Shown piece after piece: positions 20,417 through 32,137 of a stretch of DNA of 64,000 nucleotides. The position numbers were made by a program, and so were the translations under genes. The DNA comes from Pirellulales bacterium (GTDB taxonomy: Bacteria; Planctomycetota; Planctomycetia; Pirellulales; JAICIG01), in NCBI GenBank assembly GCA_040901675.1, contig JBBDYJ010000017.1, positions 93,072-157,071 on the forward strand. Reading direction: 5' to 3'. Every line of letters begins with the position of its first letter. Within the stretch, counting starts at the first letter, position 1. The notes beneath the pieces were generated by a model. The model worked only from the letters and a program-made list of their open reading frames with translations, had not been told where the DNA came from and did no database searches.

Positions 20417-21220
20417 TCATTCGACGACCAGGCCGTCGAGGTCCTCGGCGGGGGGCGGAAAGCGCGGATCCATTTGTTCCAGCGTATTGCGAAGGATGCG
20501 GCTGACGATCAGATTGCGGTGCCATTTGCGATCGGCGGGCACGATGTGCCAGGGAGCATGCCCGAGATTGGTGCGGGTGATCGCGTCCTGGTAGGCCTGC
20601 TGATAGTCGTCCCACAGCTTACGCTCGTCGAGATCGCGGCGATTGAACTTCCAGCGCTTCGACGGGTTATCCAGGCGGGCCTGCAGGCGCTTGCGCTGTT
20701 CGTCCTTGCTGATGTGCAGGAAAATCTTGACCACCGTCGTGCCCGCTTCGGTGAGCAGGCGTTCGAAGTCGTTGATGTGGTCGTACCGCAGTCTCCACTC
20801 CTGCTCGGGCACCAGGCCGTGGACCCGGACGATCACCACGTCCTCGTAATGCGAACGGTTGAAGATGCCGACCTCGCCGCGGCGGGGCACTTGCTTGTGG
20901 ATCCGCCAGAGGAAGTCGTGATCGAGCTCTTCGGGGGTGGGCACTTTGAAGCTGCTGACGCGGCAACTCTGCGGGTTGAAGCCCTGCATCACCTTGCGGA
21001 TCGTGCCATCCTTGCCCGCAGTGTCCATCCCCTGCAGCACCAGCAACAAGGCCCGGCGGTGCTCGGCGTACAGCCGGTATCCCAGGTCGGCCAGCACCTT
21101 CACGTTGTCTCTGGTTTCGGCCAACGCCGATTTCTTGCCGGCCGCGCCGTCGCCGGCGGGGTCGAATTCGTCGAGGCGAACGGGACGACCCGGCTCGACC
21201 GTGGTTGTTGAGCGACTCAT
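20417..21220 (-). CDS. ppk2: Polyphosphate kinase 2 family protein
   Basis: LQGMDTAGKDGTI, FKVPT.EELDHDFLWR, FNRSHYEDV, VPADRKWHRN. Confidence 0.93.
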   Translation of the reverse strand: MSRSTTTVEPGRPVRLDEFDPAGDGAAGKKSALAETRDNVKVLADLGYRLYAEHRRALLLVLQGMDTAGKDGTIRKVMQGFNPQSCRVSSFKVPTPEELDHDFLWRIHKQVPRRGEVGIFNRSHYEDVVIVRVHGLVPEQEWRLRYDHINDFERLLTEAGTTVVKIFLHISKDEQRKRLQARLDNPSKRWKFNRRDLDERKLWDDYQQAYQDAITRTNLGHAPWHIVPADRKWHRNLIVSRILRNTLEQMDPRFPPPAEDLDGLVVE

Positions 21221-21222
21221 GC

Positions 21223-21633
21223 TTACGATAGCATAGCCGCGCCGCCGGTCCCATGCGCTGATCGGTTCAGCATGCCGGCCAGGTCGCTGACTATTTCGGC
21301 GCCCGCCGCCGCGCCCGCCGCCGCCGGGGCGGCCGGGCGGAGCGAAGCCCGCGCCCGCCGCAAGGCGCTTGCCAGCGGCCCAGCGCAGGCTGCCCTTCGC
21401 CCCGGGGCTTGAGGCACGGAGCCGGCAGTGCCAAAGCCGGCGCCAGCGGCCGGATTCTCGCCGCGGTCCGCCGGGCCCAGCGAAGCGCGGCTCACTTCGG
21501 TCCTGAGAATCCGCGTCTGGCCGGGGGCCTGGATGCCGACGCTCACCTTCGAGCCCCGGACCTTCAGGATCGTCACGACGATATCGTTTCCGATCTGGAT
21601 TTGCTGTTCTGGCTTGCGGCTGAGGACCAACAT
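21223..21633 (-). CDS. csrA: Carbon storage regulator (CsrA-like) with C-terminal extension
   Basis: MLVLSRKPEQQIQIGNDIVVTILKVRGSKVSVGIQAP..RILRTE. Confidence 0.8.
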   Translation of the reverse strand: MLVLSRKPEQQIQIGNDIVVTILKVRGSKVSVGIQAPGQTRILRTEVSRASLGPADRGENPAAGAGFGTAGSVPQAPGRRAACAGPLASALRRARASLRPAAPAAAGAAAGAEIVSDLAGMLNRSAHGTGGAAMLS

Positions 21634-21837
21634 GGTTGACACTCCTTTGCTCTGAAGAAACGGCCTCCTCTGGAACGGTTCGCAGTAGACGCAGAGTGTG
21701 TGCCAAAGCGGCAGAAAAAATGCCCCGCCGCGGAAAGGCATTGCTACTTGAATGGTTACGGCGGACCGGCCGGCGGCGGCGCGCCGCGTGCAGTGTACGT
21801 TTGTTACAAAAAGGATTGTAAGAGCGGGGAAACGGCT

Positions 21838-22578
21838 TCAGAGCGGGTCCGATCGGCGGGCGATTTCGTCGCGGAGCCGGGCGGCTCGCTCATATTCCTC
21901 GCTGGCCACCGCGTCGGCCAGTTGCTCGTTGAGGGTGCGGCCCACGTGGTAATGCTTGCGGAGCGATTCACGTAACTGCTCGAGCCGATCCACCAGCTCG
22001 TCGTCTTCGAAGCGCTCCTCCGCTTCCACGTCGACAAAGAACCGCCGCATCCGCTCCAGTCCCTGGCTGATTTCTTCAATGGCCGCTTCTGGGGTACGCT
22101 CTTCGAGTTCCGCCAGGGCGGCCGCCTGGGTGCGATGGAAGAGGATAAACGGGCGGTACTGTTCGTGCGACATGGTCCACTGGTCGCTGGGCGAACACGA
22201 GCGGACAAAATCCATGAAAGCCAGGCTGTGGTCGGCGTCGCGGACCGCGCGGCGGAACTCGCGCAGCGCCAGCCAGCAGATGCGCCGCTGGTAAAACTGC
22301 ACGAACTCGCGGTCCGCCTCCGCGCACTGCTCTTCGGTGAGCACGAAATCCTTGCCTTCGTGGACGGCCACCGCCAGCAGATAGTCGAAATAGGTGTCGG
22401 CGCCGGCCGGATGCTCGCCGTCCGGACGTCCCGTCACTTCGAGCTGCAACACGCCCATGTCGATCCGCATTTGGAGCACTTGCCGGCCATCCACACCCTT
22501 GACGAGCCGGGCCGCCACTTCGCCCGGCTCGTACTGCCACTCCCGCAGGATGTGATCGATGTGTCGTCGCTTCGCCAT
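21838..22578 (-). CDS. UvrB/UvrC-motif-containing protein
   Basis: C-terminal LADAVASEEYERAARLRDEI; LQMRIDMGVLQLE.GRPDG conserved block. Confidence 0.8.
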   Translation of the reverse strand: MAKRRHIDHILREWQYEPGEVAARLVKGVDGRQVLQMRIDMGVLQLEVTGRPDGEHPAGADTYFDYLLAVAVHEGKDFVLTEEQCAEADREFVQFYQRRICWLALREFRRAVRDADHSLAFMDFVRSCSPSDQWTMSHEQYRPFILFHRTQAAALAELEERTPEAAIEEISQGLERMRRFFVDVEAEERFEDDELVDRLEQLRESLRKHYHVGRTLNEQLADAVASEEYERAARLRDEIARRSDPL

Positions 22579-22719
22579 GGTTGACAAAGGAGCTTGTGGC
22601 GGACGCGAAAAACCGGGGGCGGCGGCCCGTTGGCTGCCTTGCTTGGTCTATTATAACACTCGGTCCAGCCGGGGGGCTCGGCACGACACCCACGGGCGGC
22701 ACCCGGGCGATGCTGCGGG

Positions 22720-23214
<495 letters not shown>

Positions 23215-23490
23215 CGCCATTCCAGGTTTTGCCATTCCAGGTTTTGAAAGTTTGCTCGTCCTGCCGCCCGCGAGCGGCGCCGAGTGGGATCTTACCGGCG
23301 ACGGCGGGCCAAGTCGAGCGGCCCAATAGGCACACGCCGCCCGGCGCGCGTATAATTGGCCGCCGGCGTGAGGCAGACAAGAGACGTCTCGAGCAGCGAA
23401 CTTCGCGAACCGAAGGGGCCCCGCATCGGCGACTTGGCAGCCAGGCTGAGCGGACCAGCCCGCTGCCGCCCCCAAGCCCGGAGCGCATCG

Positions 23491-25317
<1,827 letters not shown>

Positions 25318-26165
25318 CCTCGCTGACATGGGTGTGCAAGACTTCGGCGATGGTGGAGTAGGAGCTGCCGAGGGCCCTGAACAGGATGACGGTGCGTCGG
25401 CCGTAGTTGAGTTTTGCCAGGGCGTCTTTCAATTCGAGGTCTTTGTCAATGGCTCGTTGATCCAGGGCCGCGGATGCTCGGACAGCGCGCTGGCTGGGCT
25501 GTTCTTTCCTGGGAGCCGGACGCTTTTTGGACAACCGCCGCCGGGCTTGCCGGCAAAGCCGCTGCAAGACGGCGCCCATCCAGGCTCCGAATTGCAGATC
25601 GGCCTGGTGGATTTTGAGTCCCAACGAAGCGTTGCGGCTCAGTTTTTCGCCCAACAGCTTGATGACCTCCTGGCGCAGGTCTTCGGCCGAGGCGACGGCC
25701 CGATTCCTCTTCCACACGTAGTGCGACGAAAGATGATCGAGCTCGTTCTGAAACCAGGGATGTGAGAGCAGCAGATACCAGGTGTGCTTCCAATCCGAGT
25801 GGGGCAGAAACATCAGGCGGACAAACCAGTCCTTGAGATCCTCCCACGGGGGAGGTCCGGATCGATCTTTGCGCCTGGTTGCGGGAGTTCGACGTCCCAT
25901 GGAACACCTATCCTTTGCAAGCCTCCAGCCAACGCGTGGACGGCAGTCGGTGATCGGCAGCGGTGCGGCGGCCCTGGCTGCGCGATCTCGAAGGGAGAGC
26001 CCGGTGACGACTACGAATGCCGCCGGTGCAGCTTGCCGGGCCTCTCCGAGGTAGATAGTCGAGATCCGTCGGAAAAACCTGACATGAATTCCGGGAATTT
26101 TTCAGGAATTTCCCGGTGAACGTTTGCGGGCGATCCAGCCGCACCCCCCACCTGGGCCGTCTGGC

Positions 26166-26585
26166 TCAATCCTCGTCAGGCGGTCGCCGGCGCTTTTTTT
26201 TCCGCGCATGCTGCTTCTTGGCGTTCAAGCGCCGCCCAACCGCGGATCGACTGGGGCGGGTCGGCTTTCGTAGGCGCCGGGGGGTGGCAACTTCCGCCAG
26301 CATCGACTCGAGCTTCGACAGGCAGTCGCCGACGTTGCGCCCCTGGTCTCGGTAGCGCTGGCTGGACACCAGCAAATCGCCCTGGGCCGTGATGCGACGC
26401 GCGAACCTGGCCACCAGGCGCTCCCGCACGTCGTCGGGCAGGCTGGGGCTGGCCAGGACGGGCCAGCGCAGCAGGGCCTTGGTGTTGACCTTGTTGACGT
26501 TTTGCCCGCCGGGACCCGAGCTGCGCGCGAAGCTGAAGCTGAGCTCGCTGAGCGGAATCCGCACGCGTGATGTAACTTCGAGCAT
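26166..26585 (-). CDS. arfB: Alternative ribosome-rescue peptidyl-tRNA hydrolase ArfB
   Basis: RSSGPGGQNVNKV GGQ motif, SQRYRDQGRN, basic C-terminal tail. Confidence 0.93.
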   Translation of the reverse strand: MLEVTSRVRIPLSELSFSFARSSGPGGQNVNKVNTKALLRWPVLASPSLPDDVRERLVARFARRITAQGDLLVSSQRYRDQGRNVGDCLSKLESMLAEVATPRRLRKPTRPSRSAVGRRLNAKKQHARKKKRRRPPDED

Positions 26586-26686
26586 GGCGCTGTGGATCGT
26601 CAAGATGTTATAGTATAACGGGTTGGGAAAGGCGCCGTCGCATCGGCCTGGTAAACCGCAACCCGTCGCGTCGCGAGGAATCGAAG

Positions 26687-28174
26687 TTGGTATTGCCGGA
26701 TCATTGCCGAACAACATTATTCCTGTTGGTTTTCGGGACATTCGCACTCCAAGCGGCCGCCGGACGAGGCGCACGCCCCGATCCCAGCGTACCCGAAAGG
26801 GACCGGCCCGAAGGTGCGACCAGCCCTACTGACAACGTCACCGACCTGGGGACGCGGACAGCCGGCCACGACTGGCCGGCGTTTCTGGGTCCGACCGGCG
26901 ACAGCAAGTCGGCGGAAACGGGCATCGTCACCCAATGGCCGCCGGAGGGCCCCCGGCTGGTATGGCAACAAGTCGTCGGAGGGGGCTACGCCATGCCGGC
27001 GATCAGCCGCGGCCGGTTGTTCCAGTTCGCCCGCTACGGCGGGCGGGCGCGGCTGACCGCCATGCACAGCGAGAGCGGCGAGCATCTCTGGGAATTTGAG
27101 TACCCGACCGATTACCAGGACCTCTACGGCTACGACAACGGCCCGCGGTCGGCGGCCGTGGTGGACGGCGATCGGGTCTACATCTACGGGGCGGAAGGCA
27201 TGCTGCACTGCCTGCGGGTCGCCGATGGCACTCTGGTGTGGAAGGTCGACACGGCCCGCCAGTTCGGCGTAGTGCAGAATTTTTTCGGCGTCGGCAGTTG
27301 CCCGATGATCGAGGGCGACTTGTTGATCGCCGTGGTGGGCGGCAGCCCGGCGGCCAGCCGGCGCGTGCCGCCGGGCAGCCTCGACCTGGTGCGGCCCAAC
27401 GGCACGGCGGTGGTGGCCTTCGACAAGCTCAGCGGCGAGGTCCGTTACCAACTGGGCGACGACCTGGCCGGTTACGCCAGCCCGGTCCCGGCCACCATCG
27501 GTGATCGGCGGTGGTGTTTCGTGTTCGCCAGGGAAGGCCTGCTGGGGTTTGAACCGGCCAGCGGACGACTCGACTTTCATTATCCCTGGAGGGCATCGCT
27601 GCTGGAGAGCGTCAACGCCAGCAACCCAGTGGTGGTCGGAGACCTGGTCTTCATCTCCGAAACGTATGGCCCTGGCAGCTCACTGCTCAAGGTAAGGCCG
27701 GGCGGATACGAACCGGTCTGGTCCGATGAAAAGCGCCGCCGCGACAAGAGCATGCAGACCCATTGGAACACGCCGATCCACCACGAGGGATTCCTGTACG
27801 GTTCCAGCGGCCGGCACGCCGAGAACGCCGAGCTGCGCTGTATCGAGCTCGCCAGCGGCAAAGTGATGTGGAGCAAGCCCGGGCTGACACGGGCCTCGCT
27901 GTTGTACATCGACGGCCACTTCGTCTGCCTGACCGAAATGGGCAGGCTGCTGCTCATCCGGGCCACGCCGGAGCGGTTCGAAGTGGTTGCCGAGGGCCGG
28001 CCTCGATCCATGGAAGCCGGGCCGTCGAGGCCGGCGGAGGAGCCGGCGCCGCTGCTGCGGTGGCCCGCTTGGGCGGCACCGATCGTTTCACACGGTTTGC
28101 TGTACGTGCGTGGGCGCGACCGGCTCGCCTGCCTGGAATTGATTCCCGAACAGCCGGCCGAGGAAGAGCCATGA
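26687..28174 (+). CDS. PQQ-binding-like beta-propeller protein
   Basis: DWPAFLGPTGDS, W..EGP.LVW, repeated G..LW blades, WAAPIVSHGLLYVR. Confidence 0.88.
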   Translation: MVLPDHCRTTLFLLVFGTFALQAAAGRGARPDPSVPERDRPEGATSPTDNVTDLGTRTAGHDWPAFLGPTGDSKSAETGIVTQWPPEGPRLVWQQVVGGGYAMPAISRGRLFQFARYGGRARLTAMHSESGEHLWEFEYPTDYQDLYGYDNGPRSAAVVDGDRVYIYGAEGMLHCLRVADGTLVWKVDTARQFGVVQNFFGVGSCPMIEGDLLIAVVGGSPAASRRVPPGSLDLVRPNGTAVVAFDKLSGEVRYQLGDDLAGYASPVPATIGDRRWCFVFAREGLLGFEPASGRLDFHYPWRASLLESVNASNPVVVGDLVFISETYGPGSSLLKVRPGGYEPVWSDEKRRRDKSMQTHWNTPIHHEGFLYGSSGRHAENAELRCIELASGKVMWSKPGLTRASLLYIDGHFVCLTEMGRLLLIRATPERFEVVAEGRPRSMEAGPSRPAEEPAPLLRWPAWAAPIVSHGLLYVRGRDRLACLELIPEQPAEEEP

Positions 28175-28223
28175 TTCGACCGATGCCCCGCCGCCGGCGT
28201 GGCAGCGTCGTGGTTGAACGCCG

Positions 28224-29024
28224 TCACAGCAGTTGGGCAAAAGCCTGCTTGGAATGGGCCAGCAGGTCGAAATAGTCGCTGGGCTTGAACTCCTCGCCGA
28301 TCAACTCCACGTCGAAAAAACCATCGTAGCCGCCCGCCGCCAGAGCGTGCACGATCTCCTTCAGCGGCAGGGAACCTTCGCCCAGCCGGCTGCGATTCTG
28401 ATCGTGGCGGGGGACAGCCTTGCCGTCTCCCAGGTGCACCACGGCCACCCGCTTGGCCACCGCGCCCAGCCGGCGGACGATGTCGGGATCGTGGCCCAGA
28501 TGGTAGGTGTCGAAGACCAGTTGCAGCCAGGGGCTATCCACCATGTCGATCAGCGCCAGCGAATCGTCGAGGCCGTGCAGGAAGGTGCACTCCGCCCCGC
28601 AGGCCAGGTGCATCGGTTCGATGGCCAGAACCACTTCGAGCTCGGCCGCCAGGGGGGCCAGTTCGCAAAGGGCCTCCTTGGCCAGCCGGCGGGCGTGATT
28701 GTGGGTGTGGCCGGCGCGGCCGCCACTGTAGACCACCAGGCAGCCGGCGCGCAAGTCGGCGGCCAGGCGGACCGCTTCCACTGCGTCTTCGATGCTTTCG
28801 CGGAGCGTCCGGCCGTCGCTTCCCGTGAAGCCCCCCGCCCAGAGAAGGTTGGAGACCTGCAAGCCGCTGTCGGCCAGCAGCTCGATCCCTTTTTCCTCGC
28901 CGAAGTCGGACAACTTCTGCCGCCAGACGCCAATGGCCGTGATGCCGGCTGCCGCGTAGTTGGCCACGTCTTCCTCGAATGACCAGCGATAAGTGGTCAT
29001 TTCGTTCATCGATAAGCGGGCCAT
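28224..29024 (-). CDS. Sugar phosphate isomerase/epimerase (TIM barrel)
   Basis: LAIEPMH, FDTYH, VHLGD, R..LGEG, GYDGFFDVE. Confidence 0.88.
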   Translation of the reverse strand: MARLSMNEMTTYRWSFEEDVANYAAAGITAIGVWRQKLSDFGEEKGIELLADSGLQVSNLLWAGGFTGSDGRTLRESIEDAVEAVRLAADLRAGCLVVYSGGRAGHTHNHARRLAKEALCELAPLAAELEVVLAIEPMHLACGAECTFLHGLDDSLALIDMVDSPWLQLVFDTYHLGHDPDIVRRLGAVAKRVAVVHLGDGKAVPRHDQNRSRLGEGSLPLKEIVHALAAGGYDGFFDVELIGEEFKPSDYFDLLAHSKQAFAQLL

Positions 29025-29087
29025 CGCTGTTCGCTCCTTCTGGCTTCTGCCGGCTGATGCCCCCGGGTCCGTGCTGAGGCAGGCCGA

Positions 29088-30482
29088 TCAGTATGGAAGA
29101 TCGCCGCGCGGCTGTAAAGCGCGGGCCCGCGTCGCCCAGCACATCACCGCCAACAGCAGCAGCGCAAACCAGGTCGGCAGTCCCCAGGCCAACGTCAGGT
29201 CGCCGAGTGTCTTGCCCACGAGTCCCTTGGAACACAGCGGCCCCGTTGCCAGCAGCGGCGGCAGCAGCCAGTAGAGCCAGGTCCGCCGCTCGTTTACCAG
29301 CAGCCTGGCAAACAGAAAACAGGCCGGCAGCAGCACCACGTAATGGGCCTTGCTCGACATGGGACTCAACAGCAGCATCAGGCACAAGACCGCGGCACAC
29401 TCGATGCCCGTTTGCACCTGGTCGAGCGGCAACGGCCGCGAGTCGAGGCTGGCGGCGGCCGGCGCGGAAAAGGGCTTACCAAGCCGCCAGGCGAACACCG
29501 CCACGAGTGCCGCGGCGGAGAACGCGACGAGGCCGCGGATCAGCCAGACCTGCCGCGGCATCAGGCCGGCCAGGGCCGAGGGGAGGCGGTCGGCCGTAGT
29601 GGGGAAGCCGGACTGAACCAGGCGGTTGATCAGGCCGGCCAGCGACTGGTTGAGCACCAGGTCGCTGTCCCACACGCCCGGTGCGGTGCGGGCCACCTTC
29701 AGCAAGAACGTGCTCGTCCAATCGACCAGGTAGCTGCCGCCGTCTTGCTTGGGATAAACGAGGTCGCTGGCGCCGTTGAGAGCCAAGGCCACGGCGACCA
29801 GCAGCAGGGCCGCCTTGAATTTCCCCCGATACACCAGATACGGCGCGAACAAGAGGGGAGTACACTTCATCGCGGCCGCCGCGCCCAGCCAGACGCCGGC
29901 GGCGATGTCGCGGCCTCGCCCCAGCCGGCAACAGCCGACGAGCAGCAAGGCGGCGATGACCATGTCGAACTGCTGGTTTTCCAAAGGGGCGGCCAGGAAT
30001 CGGCCGGCGAGCAGCGTGCCCAGCAAGGCGGTGGCCAGCCAGCGTCCCGACAGCCGTTTGAGAGGAGGGCCTCCCGTCAGCCGCCAGGCGGAGGCAAACA
30101 CGATCGAGGTCGCCAGCACGTTGAGGGCGTACCAGGCGGCCAGCGACTGGCGGTTATCGAGCCAGGAAAACGGGACCGCCAGCAGGGCCATCGCCGGTGG
30201 GTAGGCGTAGGCAACCGGCTCGGCACGATGGATCACGAGGCCGGCCTGCATGCGGCGCGCGGCGCGGATGTAGCAGGTATGCCACTCGCTTCGTTCGCCT
30301 TTGCGGGTAAAGACAAAGCCGAAGACGATGAACAACGCCGCGGCCGCGATCAGGATCCATCTGGCGGGTGTGGTCCAGCGAGTGCTGTTGCCCGCGTGAG
30401 GTGTGGGGCGTGCCGTTTGGTCGCGGGACTGATCCAAGTCCGTTTTCCGGCGGGGTTGTTGGAGGCAGTGGGGCCGGAGCAT
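29088..30482 (-). CDS. GT87/DUF2029 membrane glycosyltransferase (start uncertain)
   Basis: YAYPP, NQQFD, AGVWLGAAAAMKCTPLLF, NQSL, LSPMSSKAHYV; many TMs. Confidence 0.8.
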   Translation of the reverse strand: MLRPHCLQQPRRKTDLDQSRDQTARPTPHAGNSTRWTTPARWILIAAAALFIVFGFVFTRKGERSEWHTCYIRAARRMQAGLVIHRAEPVAYAYPPAMALLAVPFSWLDNRQSLAAWYALNVLATSIVFASAWRLTGGPPLKRLSGRWLATALLGTLLAGRFLAAPLENQQFDMVIAALLLVGCCRLGRGRDIAAGVWLGAAAAMKCTPLLFAPYLVYRGKFKAALLLVAVALALNGASDLVYPKQDGGSYLVDWTSTFLLKVARTAPGVWDSDLVLNQSLAGLINRLVQSGFPTTADRLPSALAGLMPRQVWLIRGLVAFSAAALVAVFAWRLGKPFSAPAAASLDSRPLPLDQVQTGIECAAVLCLMLLLSPMSSKAHYVVLLPACFLFARLLVNERRTWLYWLLPPLLATGPLCSKGLVGKTLGDLTLAWGLPTWFALLLLAVMCWATRARALQPRGDLPY

Positions 30483-30532
30483 AGCCGCCCGGCGGCCGGT
30501 GGATCAATAGCGGCGGATCCGCCGCGGCGCGG

Positions 30533-30664
30533 CGTAGCCGGATTGGCCAGAAATTCGGGCGCAGCGCCGTAGCCCGATTCGTTCGGGCGCAGCGCCGTAG
30601 CCGGATTCGCCAGAATTCGGGCGTCTTCCGCTCTTTTCGTAGCCGGATTCGCCAGAATTCGGGC
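30533..30664 (+). repeat. Cluster of four REP-like units (CGTAGCCGGATTCGCCAGAATTCGGGC consensus)
   Basis: Two exact and two degenerate copies with short linkers. Confidence 0.85.
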
Positions 30665-30997
30665 TGCCTTGGCGTGTCCGAACGCTTCGCTCCGCGGCGT
30701 TGTGCGTGAAGGGATTCAAGAATTCTTGGGAAATCGTGTTCGGTTGGCGGCCGAAAAGCCCCCTATAGAGATAGGGAGCTCTCCAGCGTTGTCGCGGCCC
30801 TCGTAAGGTAGCCCTCATCCCGGCGCGCGGCTCGACTGAGCTCGCCGAAGTCCGGGACGTGAGGTTCAAAGTAGCCCTCACCCTCCGGGTGAGGTGCTTG
30901 CGGCGCGTTGGCAAGCCTGGCAGCCCCGCGGACCGCGGGACCGAATTTCGCCGTTCACAATAGGGAGGGACCCGGCGCAGGCCGGGTCCGACACACC

Positions 30998-31252
30998 ATG
31001 GCAAATCAACATCGCGCTGGGGCGAAGCGGGGCTCGAGCGCCTGCGAGAGCGGTCTGGAAGACCCCGCCGTGAAGCTGGCGGACTGCATCTGCTGGTTCC
31101 TCAGCAGCGTGAGCGGGTCGCGGAAGATGGCCCGGACGCTGCAAAAAGAAGCGGACCAGCGGGGGATCACTTTGGAGCAACTTCTCGCTGCGGCATTGAC
31201 CGAGTGCATCCGTGAGCGCTTTGTCGTGACGCAGCGAGAGGTGCTGAACTAG
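30998..31252 (+). CDS. Small hypothetical protein (84 aa)
   Basis: ATG after purine-rich stretch; protein-like EADQRGITLEQLLAAAL. Confidence 0.4.
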   Translation: MANQHRAGAKRGSSACESGLEDPAVKLADCICWFLSSVSGSRKMARTLQKEADQRGITLEQLLAAALTECIRERFVVTQREVLN

Positions 31253-31282
31253 ACCTAGCGGACAAGCGACTTGCGCGGTTAT

Positions 31283-31942
31283 TCAGCCGGCCGATTCGGT
31301 CCCCCCGTCGAGACCGAACCTGTCCCTCAGCTTTTGCTTGGCCCGCGCGATGCGCATCCGGACGGCGTCGACCGTGCCGTTGACCGCGGCCGCAATTTGG
31401 CCCAGGGTTCGCCCGTGCAGGTGCAGCTCGAAGATCCGACGATCGAGCGACCCCAGCGACTGGAGCGCCGTGGCCGACAGGTCCGCGCGCTCTGCTATCT
31501 CGGCGGGGCCGGGCTGCCGCGCCGGCAAGTCGAGCTGGGCAGCCGTCCGCTTGTCTTCACGGCGGATGTCGCGGCACTCGGCCATGTGCCTGTCGGTGTG
31601 CTTGCGAATCTTGTCTTGCACCAAGCTCGACAGGCGCGCCTCGACGTCTTGACGGCTAACGAGTTGATACTTGCCGTTGTGCAGCACCTCGACAAACTCG
31701 GACATGGCCGACTGGAAAATATCGCTCTCGCGAAGGCGCGGGTCCAGCTTGCGGTTGCGCATAAGCCGGTCGGTGATGACGCGCAGGTAGTCCCAATACT
31801 CGCGGACGAACTGATCCATGGCGGCCCTGTCGCCGGCTCGGATTCGGGCGAACAGGTCCGCCAGCTCGCGATCGGGTTCCTCGGTTTTGTCGCTGTCGGC
31901 GGTCTTGTCGCTGTCGGCGGATTTGCGATCCGCGTTGTCCAT
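31283..31942 (-). CDS. ECF-type sigma factor (planctomycete)
   Basis: RIRAGDRAAMDQ, ESDIFQSA, RDIRRE, IFELHLHGRTLGQIA..VRMRIAR. Confidence 0.82.
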   Translation of the reverse strand: MDNADRKSADSDKTADSDKTEEPDRELADLFARIRAGDRAAMDQFVREYWDYLRVITDRLMRNRKLDPRLRESDIFQSAMSEFVEVLHNGKYQLVSRQDVEARLSSLVQDKIRKHTDRHMAECRDIRREDKRTAAQLDLPARQPGPAEIAERADLSATALQSLGSLDRRIFELHLHGRTLGQIAAAVNGTVDAVRMRIARAKQKLRDRFGLDGGTESAG

Positions 31943-32137
31943 GATGTGTTCCTTTCTGAAGTGAGCCGGGAAAAGAAGAGACGGGAGCCCGCTTGTTACA
32001 CCTGAGATTGCGTTTGGTCAAGCAGATTCCGTTCATCCGCACGGCGCAGGCATGAGCGGCTCAGGACCCGCCATCTGGCGGCGTTCCAGGCACTGGAGCC
32101 GCGCCACCTGCTGACCACCACCATCGGCATCGACGAC

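Noticed and set aside
20417..21706. 429-aa PPK2 with long N-terminus
   Set aside because: The extension overlaps the csrA-like gene in another frame; the likely start is 21220.
30533..30664. Possible mini-CRISPR
   Set aside because: Degenerate units with very short, partly repeated linkers; the same motif is dispersed elsewhere.
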